Assembly: GCA_964016885.1 (NCBI GenBank)
Contig: OZ024747.1
Coordinates: 56,110,001-56,174,000 of the forward strand
From: Eledone cirrhosa
Lineage: Eukaryota
Length of the DNA stretch: 64,000 bases
Direction of reading: 5' to 3'
A model generated the notes under the pieces. The model made no database searches, had not been told where the DNA came from, and worked only from the letters and a program-made list of their open reading frames with translations. Below, one piece after another: positions 11,452-25,105 of this stretch (position 1 is its first letter; every line of letters starts with the position of its first letter). A program made the position numbers and the translations under genes.

Positions 11452-13603
11452 CCCTTTAGCATGTAAACACGCTGTATCCAGCCAAAATTCTCCCATCTCT
11501 TTCTGGTTAAACTGACAGTAACTGCCCACTCATAGTGATGTTAAGGTAGTGTTCACAAAATAAATAATAACACAATCTCATAGAGATAATTGTGTGAGAA
11601 AAACCCTTTAACATGAAAATACAATAGTATATATAGAGTAATGTAAATGTTATGAGATATTATGTGAGGTAAAGAGTTTACTGTGAAAATACAATAGTAT
11701 ATATAGAGTAATGTAAATGTTATGAGATATTATGTGAGGTAAAGAGTTTACTGTGAAAATACAATAGTATATATAGAGTAATGTAAATGTTGAGATATTA
11801 TGTGAGGTAAAGAGTTTACTGTGAAAATACAATAGTATATATAGAGTAATGTAAATGTTGAGATATTATGTGAGGTAAAGAGTTTACTGTGAAAATACAA
11901 TAGTATATATAGAGTAATGTAAATGTTATGAGATATTATGTGAGGTAAAGAGTTTACTGTGAAAATACAATAGTATATATAGAGTAATGTAAATGTTGAG
12001 ATATTATGTGAGGTAAAGAGTTTACTGTGAAAATACAATAGTATATATAGAGTAATGTAAATGTTATGAGATAGTATGCAAGGTAAAGAGTTTACTGTGA
12101 AAATACAATAGTATATATAGAGTAATGTAAATGTTATGAGATAGTATGTGAGGTAAAGAGTTTACTGTGAAAATACAATAGTATATATAGAGTAATGTAA
12201 ATGTTGAGATATTATGTGAGGTAAAGACTTTACTGTGAAAATACAATAGTATATATAGAGTAATGTAAATGTTATGATATATTATGTGAGGTAAAGACTT
12301 TACTGTGAAAATACAATAGTATATATAGAGTAATGTAAATGTTATGAGATATTGTGTGAGGTAAAGAGTTTACTGTGAAAATACAATAGTATATATAAAG
12401 TAATGTAAATGTTATGAGATAGTATGTGAGGTAAAGAGTTTACTGTGAAAATACAATAGTATATATAGAGTAATGTAAATGTTATGAGATATTATGTGAG
12501 GTAAAGAGTTTACTGTGAAAATACAATAGTATATATAGAGTAATGTAAATGTTATGATATATTATGTGAGGTAAAGAGTTTACTGTGAAAATACAATAGT
12601 ATATGTAGAGTAATGTAAATGTTATGAGATATTATGTGAGGTAAAGAGTTTACTGTGAAAATACAATAGTATATATAGAGTAATGTAAATGTTATGATAT
12701 ATTATGTGAGGTAAAGAGTTTACTGTGAAAATACAATAGTATATATAGAGTAATGTAAATGTTATGAGATATTATGTGAAGTAAAGAGTTTACTGTGAAA
12801 ATACAATAGTATATATAGAGTAATGTAAATGTTATGATATATTATGTGAGGTAAAGAGTTTACTGTGAAAATACAATAGTATATATAGAGTAATGTAAAT
12901 GTTGAGATATTATGTGAGGTAAAGAGTTTACTGTGAAAATACAATAGTATATATAGAGTAATGTAAATGTTATGAGATAGTATGTGAGGTAAAGAGTTTA
13001 CTGTGAAAATACAATAGTATATATAGAGTAATGTAAATGTTATGAGATATTATGTGAGGTAAAGAGTTTACTGTGAAAATACAATAGTATATATAGAGTA
13101 ATGTAAATGTTATGAGATATTATGTGAGGTAAAGAGTTTACTGTGAAAATACAATAGTATATATAGAGTAATGTAAATGTTATGATATATTATGTGAGGT
13201 AAAGAGTTTACTGTGAAAATACAATAGTATATATAGAGTAATGTAAATGTTGAGATATTATGTGAGGTAAAGACTTTACTGTGAAAATACAATAGTATAT
13301 ATAGAGTAATGTAAATGTTATGAGATAGTATGTGAGGTAAAGAGTTTACTGTGAAAATACAATAGTATATATAGAGTAATGTAAATGTTATGAGATAGTA
13401 TGTGAGGTAAAGAGTTTACTGTGAAAATACAATAGTATATATAGAGTAATGTAAATGTTGAGATATTATGTGAGGTAAAGACTTTACTGTGAAAATACAA
13501 TAGTATATATAGAGTAATGTAAATGTTATGAGATAGTATGTGAGGTAAAGACTTTACTGTGAAAATACAATAGTATATGTAGAGTAATGTAAATGCTAAA
13601 GAG
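11452..13603. mobile_element. piggyBac-like MITE (TTAA TSD) expanded by an internal satellite
   Basis: TTAA|CCCTTTAGCATGTA at 11448 and TAAATGCTAAAGAG|TTAA at 13590-13607. A 190-bp unexpanded relative lies at 35330-35519. Confidence 0.8.
11586..13596. repeat. 58/60-bp tandem satellite, about 33-34 units
   Basis: Unit ATGAGATATTATGTGAGGTAAAGAGTTTACTGTGAAAATACAATAGTATATATAGAGTAATGTAAATGTT-type; 58-bp variants lack one AT. Highly homogeneous. Confidence 0.97.
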
Positions 13604-13761
13604 TTAAATGAGAAGAAAATCGCTGCTATCAGACAAGCCATCTGTAAGTAGGGCCTGAATATACAGTTTGCACACTTGGGACCTTCACTGACAAGACTGC
13701 TTTACATTCACTAACCTGAATATAATATGTGCACACTTCCTAATCATCCCATTACCAATGC

Positions 13762-13848
13762 AAAAATGTGCACGAGAGCATTTGTGGTCATTAAGGTCTG
13801 TAAAAATGTGCATGAGAGCATTTGTGGTAATTAAGGTCTGTAAAAATG
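13762..13848. repeat. 40-bp tandem duplication
   Basis: AAAAATGTGCA(C/T)GAGAGCATTTGTGGT(C/A)ATTAAGGTCTGT twice. Confidence 0.9.
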
Positions 13849-14002
13849 GAGCTCCTTGTACATCGGAAGCACCACCTGGGTACTGCACATATGGATCAGA
13901 AAGCTTCTTCTGTCAAAAATATCTTGTCAGATGCCACAGCTGAGACACTGAGGTCACTATAGAGGTGATGGAAAGGAATGTGGAAAATTTAACAATGAAA
14001 GA

Positions 14003-14343
14003 AGGCGCATGGCTTAGTGGTTAGAGCATTGGCCTTGCAATAGAAAGGTTGTGAGTTCAATTCTCAGACCGGGTGATGTGTTGTTTCCTTGAGCAAGACA
14101 CTTTATTTCACATTGCTCCAGTTTACTCAGCTGTAGAAATGAGATGATAGGGACTGGGATCCCTAACATTCCACTGCAAAGTGGTCGTGGAGGTGCCACG
14201 GAAAAGAAAAGCACCCAGCAGTCACTGTAAATGAGGTTGGTGTTAGGAAGGGCATCCAGCTGTAGAAATCAAGCCAGAATCAGTTCCCGTCCCACCCTTG
14301 CAAGCAGGGAAAAAGCGGACGTAAAATGATGATGATGATGATG
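14003..14343 (+). mobile_element. Full-length SINE family A
   Basis: Near-identical to 4457-4800; (GAT)n tail; probable TSD ATGAAAGA at 13995-14002 and 14344-14351. Confidence 0.93.
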
Positions 14344-15569
14344 ATGAAAGAGGTCATTATCATCACCATGAAAAAGTTAAAGATAAATAATAGATTGGCT
14401 ACTATTATGGCACCATGCATATTTCAGACATGTAGATAGACCAGTCAGGAAGAACACATCGATCATATGTATTTGTTTTGAACCGTTTTCATTTCACATT
14501 TGAAAAAGGTATTAAACCCTGAAATATCACGTTGAAATATAATAGGTAAAACATTAGTTTGTTTTGTTTAATTTGTCATCCTTTATATATTTCTACATCA
14601 TTGTACCAGCTTTTTAAAACTTATTTGCCATTTATTGCATATCTCACATAATATCTTGTATTAATTACGTATATATATATATATATAACGTAAACACTAT
14701 ACGTAAATGATTAATGTATGTCTCTATACATTCATATACCTGTGTATATAAAGACATAAAGCAAGATGCATGTACACATCTAAAGTTGTACTAAAATATA
14801 TCTGATAGTCTATTAAGTTTAGAAGTTGTAGTATAACAAAAATATTCGCCACCAATTCAATATCGTTTAGCCAGCATCTTGTACAAAACTTCCATCTTAC
14901 ATTAATTTTTTACTCTATCAATTCACCGTATTTTTCGATTTGAAATTCTTCCCTTCAGCATAGTTCTTCCCATTTATATAATGGTTTAATATTTCCTTTG
15001 AACTACTTTTCTTTGTCTTTCTTCTCCCCTCTCTCTCTCTCTCTATCTCTGTTTCAGTAACTCACTCTCTTTCTCACTGATATTTTCACTTTTCTCTCTC
15101 TGTTTACTTATTCATTATTTCATGTGACCTTCTCCTTCTCCACATTTCATTATATATATATATGTGTGTGTGCGTGTGAGTGTGTGTGTGTGTGTGTGAG
15201 TATGTGTATACAGAAGACATTTATATATGTGTGTGTGTCTACATGCAAAGGAAACTAGAAAAAACATTTCAAAATCAAATTGTATACCATACATTGGTGT
15301 TTTTGCCTTCAGCTGGAAATATCATTAATAATTCTGTAACGATATATATCATTAGACAGATACATATCTTTATAACTACCCACCCACACACCTAACTACC
15401 TGCATATGTAGATAAATTCCTACAAACATACCTGCATAAATAGATATATACATACATACAGATTTATCTACTTACATGCTTACATATATACATACCTACA
15501 TACTTAGATACATACTTACATAGTTAGATATATACATATATACATACTTAGGTACATACATACATATAT

Positions 15570-15981
15570 GGTGGCTGCCAACTCGTTTTCGAGTACGGCC
15601 ACTACTTTATATCCATGTAGCAGAACCCCCACCGATGCACTGAACAAGTGTGACTTTTTAGTCCAGCCTGCGACTTGAAAACTCTGGTACAAACACTACA
15701 CTTGTGACAATTATTGACACATAGTGCTGGGCCCATGGTACCATGTGACGACAAGTGCAGAGAGATCTCCAGATATAAAGTAATGCCTGTGCCGTGAAGC
15801 TTTTATAGTGAGCAAAGGCACTGCACAAAGCCAGTCCCACTCTCTTAACCAAGATGATATTTACCAAAAAGAAGAACAAGTCAACATCATTGGATACCAT
15901 CAGAGTTGCAGGTGTTATATCAGAGTTTTCCTTCTCCTAGAATTCTGCCTTGACAAAGGCTAAGGGGTCATCTCTCCCGAA
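15570..15981. other. Unclassified 410-bp insertion splitting a CATACTTAGATACATA-type simple repeat
   Basis: Higher-complexity block with the same degenerate simple repeat on both sides (15430-15569 and 15982-16120). Starts with a small hairpin GTGGC..ACTCG-TTTT-CGAGT..GCCAC. Confidence 0.5.
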
Positions 15982-16131
15982 CATATATACATACATATAT
16001 ACATACTTAGATACATACATATATACATACTTAGGTACATACACACATACATATATACATACTTAGATATATACATATATACATACTTAGATACATATAT
16101 AGATTTACATACTTATATATGTGTACATCTC

Positions 16132-16300
16132 AAACTCTTTTATTCTTTTGCTAGTTTCAGAATCTGGCCATGATGATGCAACATGTTCATTTGATCAATC
16201 ACATCGACCCCAGCACTTATTTTTTCAAGCATGGTACCTATTTTATCAGTTTCTGTTTTATCAAACTCCTAGGCTATGGAAAAAACATAGACATAAACAT
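16132..16300 (-). mobile_element. Decayed 3' part of SINE family D
   Basis: CTCTTTTATTCTTTTGCTAGTTTCAG..TGGCCATG...ATCGACCCCAGCACTTATT; shares AGTTTCAG..TGGCCATG with 25573-25603. Confidence 0.6.
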
Positions 16301-16349
16301 AGACATAAACATAGACATAAACATAGACATGGTGGCACACACATACATG

Positions 16350-17420
16350 TCTTCTTTTTTGCCCACATATTCATTGGAAGATGATAGGGGGGTGGGAGCC
16401 TCAAAGACACCATTCAGTGAGTCCTGTCAGAGGTATCTGTCTTCAACTCAACTGGTTGGATCCTTGAGTGTAACCAGCCAAGCTTATGAATGTTATTTAA
16501 CTTTTATGCCCGGGGCCTACTCCTTGATCTCCTACCGGTTGGTTTTTGCCTGTAAAATCTATCTAGAGATTATTTCCTGAGACATTTTAACCACATGTCC
16601 ATAGTGTCAGAGCTGTGACCCTTCAATTTGGAGAATTAGCAGCTCTACTTGTAGCAACTCTCTGATCTCTGGGCTATGCTTTCCATTGAGTAATGTTATG
16701 CTAAAGATGTAGGAACCCCATTTTGGCCACTTATATTCATGATTGTATACCTTTCATCATTACCTAAGATTTATGACCATAAATAAGGGTTGGCACGAAT
16801 ACTGTATTGAAGATTGTGAGTTTGTCTTTTATGCTGACCTTCTTTCTTCTGATGAGTGAATGCTGAAGACAGCACATTACTGCACCAACTCCTACAATTC
16901 TTGCATTTAATTCAGCCTCCTGCCTTCCATTACTTGTGAACAAGGTGCCAAGATACTTGAACTTCTCTACCTGCTTTGGTGGAACACCATTCACATGTAG
17001 AGTACATTGTGCAGGCTTCCTTGAGATGATAAGAGTCTCAGTTTTTGCAGCACTGATTTTCATTCCAGCCATGCAGCATTCAGCATCAAACCTATCAAGT
17101 GCAAGTTGTAGATTATCTTCTGTCGACTTAAGTAACACAATGCTATCTGCAAATTCCAGCCAACTGGTTTAACACCTGCCATTCATTATATCACTTCCAA
17201 CCTGGCTGTGCATGTAAATCGTGTTCATGAAAATAATTGTTTCTACTTTTGGCACAAGGCCAGCAATTATCCCAGTGTATTACTGGTACTTTATCATGAA
17301 AATAATGAACAGGAGTAGTGACTGTACACACCTTTGGCAGAGACTGACTCCTACTTTGAATGGTTTTGATTTAGCACCATTTATCTGAACACAAATATTC
17401 AGGCATTTATATAGAGACAT
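16350..17420 (-). mobile_element. Decayed RTE-group LINE, RT and C-terminal region (third family)
   Basis: Minus-strand LLLFIIFM, LEFADSIVL (decayed YADD), GMKISAAKTE, VEKFKYLGTLF, PTLIYG. Multiple stops; interrupted by a SINE B fragment. Confidence 0.88.
17238..17293 (-). mobile_element. 56-bp 5'-truncated SINE B nested in the LINE
   Basis: SINE B 3' end flanked by perfect 13-bp direct repeat TCATGAAAATAAT (17225-17237, 17294-17306). Confidence 0.9.
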
Positions 17421-18774
17421 ATATCAGACAAATTCTTTTTAATTCATTCTTGTATATATTTCTAACATAACACAGTGTCCATATGTTTCAATTAAATTTT
17501 AATCAAGAATTTGCAATGATTTAGTAATATAACTAAGTTCTCAATTATGAAACAGCTGTTCTGAGCATAAAATATCAGAAGTTTCTTATTTAACACTTTG
17601 AAAGTAGTTTTAAATGTTAATTAAATACTTTAAGATGGTAAGTTTTTAATAATAAAATCAAAGGTAGCTAGAGGCAGGTTGGTACAATAAGGTTAAATCA
17701 TTATTTCAAAAAGAAGATATTTTGGTTAATGTGGTCATACATATGATATGTAAGAAATAAAGACTTCCTTTTCATTGATGGTCTACCTTTAATGCTAGAA
17801 CTGCTGGATGAAGGATGATCTATGTATATACAAGACAATCAACAGCATCAAGAACTACATGACTGTTTTATATGGATTGTGCTTTGATTAGAAATATTCT
17901 TTTATACCAGCAACATTTTCACTAGGCAAGATATATTATATTAGAATAAAAGACAGTATTTACACCTTAGGAACAATGTCTACTATAAATTTACTAGATA
18001 GTGTTCTATCTGGTAGCAAATTGACAGAAGTGAGAGTGCATAGGACAAAAGCTTGTGGCATTTGTTTCAGCTATCTACATTTTAAATTCCACCAAGATCA
18101 AGTTCACCTTTCATCTCTTTGGGCTTGATGAAATAAAAGAGCAGCCCAGTGTAGTGGATTGGGAAAATTGAGAAAGTTTTAGGATGATTTGTGGGATTTC
18201 TCCCAGTTCTTTGGGTTGTGTAAACTTAGATAGTAAACTTAATATGTTGTCAGGCTTAAGGCTGCCACTTAGTCTTTGGGTGCTTTTAGCAGAGTTTACT
18301 CTGCTAAAAGCATTCAAGCCAGGCCTCTTGTTTGAGAATATATTTCTCTTTCTCTCCTCCTACTTTCACATTATACACCCTACAAATTTTGGAGACCCTG
18401 AAAAGGGTGGTGAGAATTTCTCTTCCTGTTAGACAATACAAAAAAAAAAAATAATAATAATAACATCAACAAGCACCATAAGGTTGACTCATCTAGATTA
18501 TGTTATGATTAGAATTCTTTCTATTACAGACAGGTTTTAACTGGCTTAAATCAGAGCTGATCCTAATTATATGGCCGTATTAAATGATACAGCTTGTATT
18601 GAAGGTGGCGACAATGTATATGACAAGTGTCTACTTGGGAACATTTATTTGTCTGTTGCATGGTGTCCAAGCATCATCACTGCAAGTATCACTGACATAG
18701 TAGATATCTATCTAGATTTCTGTCACATCCAGGTTATATACACATATTGATATATACATATGTACATGCAAACA

Positions 18775-18830
<56 letters not shown>

Positions 18831-18888
18831 TGTATTTATATTTATATGTATATTTGTATATGTATATATGTATTTTAAATACACACAT

Positions 18889-18945
<57 letters not shown>

Positions 18946-19143
18946 TGTATGTTTATATGTGTGTTGAGGGTGTATATGTATATATCCTCATATATATGTG
19001 TGTGTGTGTGTGTGTGTGCACGTGTGTGTGTGTGTAAATTACACATATACATATATATGTACAAACCGAGGTATATAATTGATGTTATTTTTCTCTGTTT
19101 CTATGACACTGCAGGGCTATACAATACCTATAAGTATTGTAAA

Positions 19144-19184
<41 letters not shown>

Positions 19185-19642
19185 CACACAACACAAACTC
19201 CACCATCAATATCAACACTATCATCATAATCTCAAACACTAGTACCATCATCATAATGGCCATTAATTTCAAATCATCAACATTATCATCATCATCATCA
19301 TTATCATCAACATTATCATCATCATCATTATCACCAACATTATCATCATTATCATCACATCATCATCATCAACATTATCATCATCATCATCATTATCATC
19401 AACATTATCATCATCATTATCATCAACATTATCATCAACATTATCATCATCATCATCATTATCATCAACATTATCATCATCATCATTATCATCATTATCA
19501 TCAACATTATCATCAACATTATCATCATCATCATCAACATTATCATCATCATTATCATCAACATCGTCAACATCCACATCACTCTCATCATAGTCATCAT
19601 CATCCTCATCACTATCACGATCATCATCATCATCATCAACAT
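19144..19642. repeat. Compound (CAT)n / CAACATTAT trinucleotide repeat
   Basis: Visible directly; source of poly-His/Asp/Met pseudo-ORFs. Confidence 0.95.
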
Positions 19643-19754
19643 GAATAATGAAACTGAGCAACAGATAATCAGTCCAGAGAATGAGAAACAATAAAAACTA
19701 AAATAAAAATAAATTCATGAATTCATAATCAATGAAAACCAGAATAAAAAAACT

Positions 19755-22492
19755 CTACCCTGCTTCACCCCACTACATGTTCCAACTACCCAGCTTCCCC
19801 CCTACTACATGTTCCAACTACCCAGCTTCCCCCCACTACATGTTCCAACTACCCAGTTTCCCCCCACTACATGTTCCAACTACCCAGCTTCACCCCACTA
19901 CATGTTCCAACTACCCAGTTTCCCCCCTACTACATGTTCCAACTACCCAGCTTCCCCCCACTACATGTTCCAACTACCCAGTTTCCCCCCATTACATGTT
20001 CCAACTACCCAGCTTCCCCCCTACTACATGTTCCAACTACCCAGCTTCCCCCACTACATGTTCCAAATACCCAGCTTCACCCCACTACATGTTCCAACTA
20101 CCCAGTTTCCCCCCACTACATGTTCCAACTACCCAGCTTCCCCCCACTACATGTTCCAACTACCCAGCTTCCCCCCACTACATGTTCCAAATACCCAGCT
20201 TCACCCCACTACATGTTCCAACTACCCAGTTTCCCCCCACTACATGTTCCAACTACCCAGCTTCCCCCCACTACATGTTCCAACTACCCAGCTTCCCCCC
20301 ACTACATGTTCCAAAAACCCAGTTTCCCCCCACTACATGTTCCAACTACCCAGCTTCCCCCCTACTACATGTTCCAACTACCCAGCTTCCCCCACTACAT
20401 TTCCAAATACCCAGCTTCACCCCACTACATGTTCCAACTACCCAGTTTCCCCCCACTACATGTTCCAACTACCCAGCTTCCCCCCACTACATGTTCCAAC
20501 TACCCAGCTTCCCCCACTACATGTTCCAAATACCCAGCTTCACCCCACTACATGTTCCAACTACCCAGCTTCCCCCACTACATGTTCCAAATACCCAGCT
20601 TCACCCCACTACATGTTCCAACTACCCAGTTTCCCCCCACTACATGTTCCAAATACCCAGCTTCACCCCACTACATGTTCCAACTACCCAGCTTCCCCCC
20701 ACTACATGTTCCAACTACCCAGTTTCCCCCCACTACATGTTCCAAATACCCAGCTTCACCCCACTACATGTTCCAAATACCCAGCTTCACCCCACTACAT
20801 GTTCCAACTACCCAGTTTTTTCCTCCTACTACATGTTCCAACTACCAAGCTTCCTCCCACTACGTGTTCCAACTACCCAGCTTCCCCCCACTACATGTTC
20901 CAACTACCCAGCTTCCCCCCACTACATGTTCCAACTACCCAGCTTCCCCCCACTACATGTTCCAACTACTCAGCTTCCCCTCCCACTACATGTTCCAACT
21001 ACCCAGCTTCCCCCCTACTACATGTTCCAATTACCCAGCTTCCCCCACTATATGTTCCAACTACTCAGTTCCCCCCCCCCCACTACATGTTCTAACTACC
21101 CAGCTTCCCGTCACTACATGTTCCAACTACCCAGCTTCCCCCCACTACATGTTCCAACTACCCAGCTTCCCCCCACTACATGTTCCAACTACCCAGCTTC
21201 CCCCCCACTACATGTTCCAACTACCCAGCTTCACCCCACTACATGTTCCAACTACCCAGTTTTTTCCTCCTACTACATGTTCCAACTACCAAGCTTCCTC
21301 CCACTACATGTTCCAACTACCCAGCTTCCCCCCACTACATGTTCCAACTACCCAGCTTCCCCCCACTACATGTTCCAACTACCCAGCTTCCCCCCACTAC
21401 ATGTTCCAACTACCCAGCTTCCCCCCACTACATGTTCCAACTACTCAGCTTCCCCTCCCACTACATGTTCCAACTACCCAGCTTCCCCCCTACTACATGT
21501 TCCAAATACCCAGCTTCCCCCACTACATGTTCCAATTACCCAGCTTCCCCCACTACATGTTCCAACTACTCAGTCCCCCCCCCACACTACATGTTCCAAC
21601 TACCCAGCTTCCCCCCACTACATGTTCCAACTACCCAGCTTCCCCCCACTACATGTTCCAACTACCCAGCTTCCCCCCACTACATGTTCCAACTACCCAG
21701 CTTCCCCCCACTACATGTTCCAACTACCCAGCTTCCCCCCCACTACATGTTCCAACTACCCAGCTTCCCCCCCACTACATGTTCCAACTACCCAGCTTCC
21801 CCCCACTACATGTTCCAACTACCCAGCTTCCCCCCCACTACATGTTCCAACTACCCAGCTTCCCCCCACTACATGTTCCAACTACCCAGCTTCCCCCCAC
21901 TACATGTTCCAAATACCCAGCTTCCCCCCACTACATGTTTCAACTACCCAGTTTTTTCCTCCTACTACATGTTCCAACTACCAAGCTTCCTCCCACTACG
22001 TGTTCCAACTACCCAGCTTCCCCCCACTACATGTTCCAACTACTCAGCTTCCCCTCCCACTACATGTTCCAACTACCCAGCTTCCCCCCACTACATGTTC
22101 CAACTACCAAGCTTCCTCCCACTACGTGTTCCAACTACCCAGCTTCCCCCCACTACATGTTCCAACTACTCAGCTTCCCCTCCCACTACATGTTCCAACT
22201 ACCCAGCTTCCCCCCCACTACATGTTCCAATTACCCAGCTTCCCCCACTACATGTTCCAACTACTCAGTCCCCCCCCCCCTCCCCACTACATGTTCTAAC
22301 TACCCAGCTTCCTGTCACTACATGTTCCAACTACCCAGCTTCCCCCCACTACATGTTCCAACTACCCAGCTTCCCCCCACTACATGTTCCAACTATCCAG
22401 CTTCCCCCCACTACATGTTCCAACTACCCAGCTTCCCCCCACTACATGTTCCAACTACCCAGCTTCCCCCCACTACATGTTCCAACTACCCT
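19755..22492. repeat. About 31-bp C-rich minisatellite, about 88 units (CTACATGTTCCAACTACCCAGCTTCCCCCCA)
   Basis: Continuous tandem array with variable C-run length. Open in all three + frames because the unit has no stop codon. Confidence 0.97.
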
Positions 22493-22780
22493 GCCAACCT
22501 GAAACAAAAATTACATTACAAAAGCAACAAAATATTAAAGACTAAACCATACATCACTACCAACAACCACAACAACAATGGCAGAGATGATCAAAACTAA
22601 AAAATTGATCATGTGACATTAATATATTCCAAACTATTGTAATAATGTGAAATCTGAAACCTTGATGGGTTCGTTCTCTCTCATGTTTTATTCAATTATT
22701 GACTCAATAGATTGGATGTTGAAATCAGAGACCAAGTTAGGCATACAACACCTTCAGCAAAACTTCAACACAAAAAAAAA

Positions 22781-23258
22781 CCTCTCTCACTCTCACACTC
22801 TCCTCTCTCACTCTCCTCTCTCTCATTCTCCTCTCTCTCTCAAACTCTCCCCTCTCTCACTCTCCTTTCTCAAACTCTCCTCTCTCTCAAACTCTCCCCT
22901 CTCTCACTCTCATTTCTCAAACTCTCCTCTCTCACACCCTCCTCTCTCATTCTCTTCTCTCAAACTCTACTCTCTCGCAAACTCTCCTCTCTCTCAGTCT
23001 CCTCTCTCTTACTCTGCCCTTCTCTCAAACTCTCCTCTCTTTCAAAGCTTCCTCCCTCTCACTCTCCTCTCCCTCTCTCACTTTCGTTCATCCTCTCTTT
23101 CTCTCCCTCCACCTCTCTCTCTCTCCTCACTCATCAGTCTCAATCTCTCTGCCTCTCCTCTCTCTTCACACACACTCTCTCTCTCTCTTCGTCCTCTCTT
23201 TCTCTCAAGCACCTCTTTCTCATTTCTAATATCTGCTGTATCTCCTACTCTCATTTTC

Positions 23259-23331
<73 letters not shown>
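22781..23331. repeat. CT-rich degenerate repeat ending in pure (CT)n
   Basis: CTCTCAAACTCTCCTCTCT-type units followed by a (CT)n run. Confidence 0.9.
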
Positions 23332-23335
<4 letters not shown>

Positions 23336-23976
23336 TGATACCTTTTATCTTGCACTCTATCATGGTTTTTCTTTCTATTTTACCATAAACAGTATTAATA
23401 GAAGCATGTTAATTCATTTGGAGATATGTATTATACACATATATGTATATATGTATAGATGTGAATATGTGCATGTGTGAATGTATGAGTATGTATGTAT
23501 ATGTATATATGTATCATCATCACCATCATTATCATAATATAATGTCCGTTGTTTTTCCTCTCTATCTCTTTATCTTCACAACTTAAATATGTATATACAT
23601 TCACATGCATACATACATGCATATACACATACATACATACATACATGCATATATACATGCATTCATATATACATAGATGTATATATGCATACATACATAT
23701 ATGCATGTATATGTATGTATAAATGCATATATATATGTGCGTAGTGTAAACAGAGAGAAATATAAACATGCATATATATATATATATAGAGAGAGAGAGA
23801 GTGTGATGGTATACATTACAGTATTAATAGAATCATGTTAATTCCTTTTATATCTAGTATTGTCATATATCAATATATAACAATATTTATATATACATCA
23901 TCATCATTTTACGTCTGCTTTCCCTGCTGTATAGATAGCTAGATAGGTAGATAAATAGCTAGACAGACAGATAGAT

Positions 23977-24083
<107 letters not shown>

Positions 24084-24272
24084 ATGTTGAAAAGGTAACA
24101 CACTAGAGAGAGATATACAGTGCGCTATCAATAAAACAGGGAAAAAACCCACCAGTGTATGGAATCTATAACCTACGAAAGGCAGACTATAGAGACGATA
24201 ATTAAAAATATAAATTAAAGCGTAAATAAATACCTCTATAACTATATAACACACGTACAAATCCAGCTATAG

Positions 24273-24326
<54 letters not shown>

Positions 24327-25105
24327 ACTCCAGGGTTAGAAGCCTCTGATGCTTGAAGTGCTTTTAGGGCTATTCTAGGATTAGAAACCTCTGAGGCCTG
24401 AGCTGATTTTAGGGCCGCTCCAAGTTTGGCAATTCCTAAAGAAACTGTTTCCAGGGCCACTCCAAGATTAGAAGTCCCTAAAGTCTGAACAGTTTTGGGG
24501 GCTGCTCTCTCTCTCTCTATATATATATATATATGTATTTGTGGAGTTATGTGTATGTTTGTGTGCATGCCAGACCTGGCACAAAGAAATGCACAACAAA
24601 AAAGGAAAAAAACTAATAGATAGGTAGATAGATGGAGAGACAGACATATAGATCCACATGTGTAGGTTTATGTGTATGCTTGTGTGCCTGCCTTGCCTTG
24701 GCACAAATAAATGCACAAAAAGAGGAGATAAAGTACTCAATATGTATTTACTGTCTACTGAAAATTTGACTAATCATCACTCAGAGTTTCTCATTTCTTT
24801 GGTCTTTCAATAGTAACTGAGAAAACTTTAATCTGGCATAATCAACAAAGCCAATAATTATTTAAACACAAAGTCCAGATCTTTCAACAAAAATGCTGTC
24901 ACTATTACAAGTACTTGTTCACATTTGTGAAAATATGTAATATTAATGTTCATTAATAGCAAAGCATAAATAAGCTGAGAAAATAGAAGCTTCTTTCCAT
25001 TTTTTAAACAGCATGGCTAAGTTAATGTTTTCAAAACCAAATTGTTGATTTATACAATTATAAAAACAAAGGAACATAAGACATGCAACAACTATATGAT
25101 GAGGT

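Noticed and set aside
11586-13596. Regular arrays as possible CRISPR loci (also 1933-3013, 25711-26945, 59429-60268)
   Set aside because: No unique spacers, no cas genes, and eukaryotic context.
17430-17700. Possible decayed TTAA-type DNA transposon end (similar AT-rich tract at 51780-52003)
   Set aside because: Only one TIR-like end is visible and similarity in AT-rich DNA is too weak to call by eye.
19079-19691. His-rich and Asp-rich ORFs
   Set aside because: Products of (CAT)n compound microsatellite; no splice or homology support.
19732-22600. 855-, 909-, 428- and 440-aa Pro/Thr-rich ORFs resembling a mucin or extensin
   Set aside because: All three frames are open because the 31-bp unit lacks stops, and C-run indels shift frame freely, so there is no sign of coding constraint.
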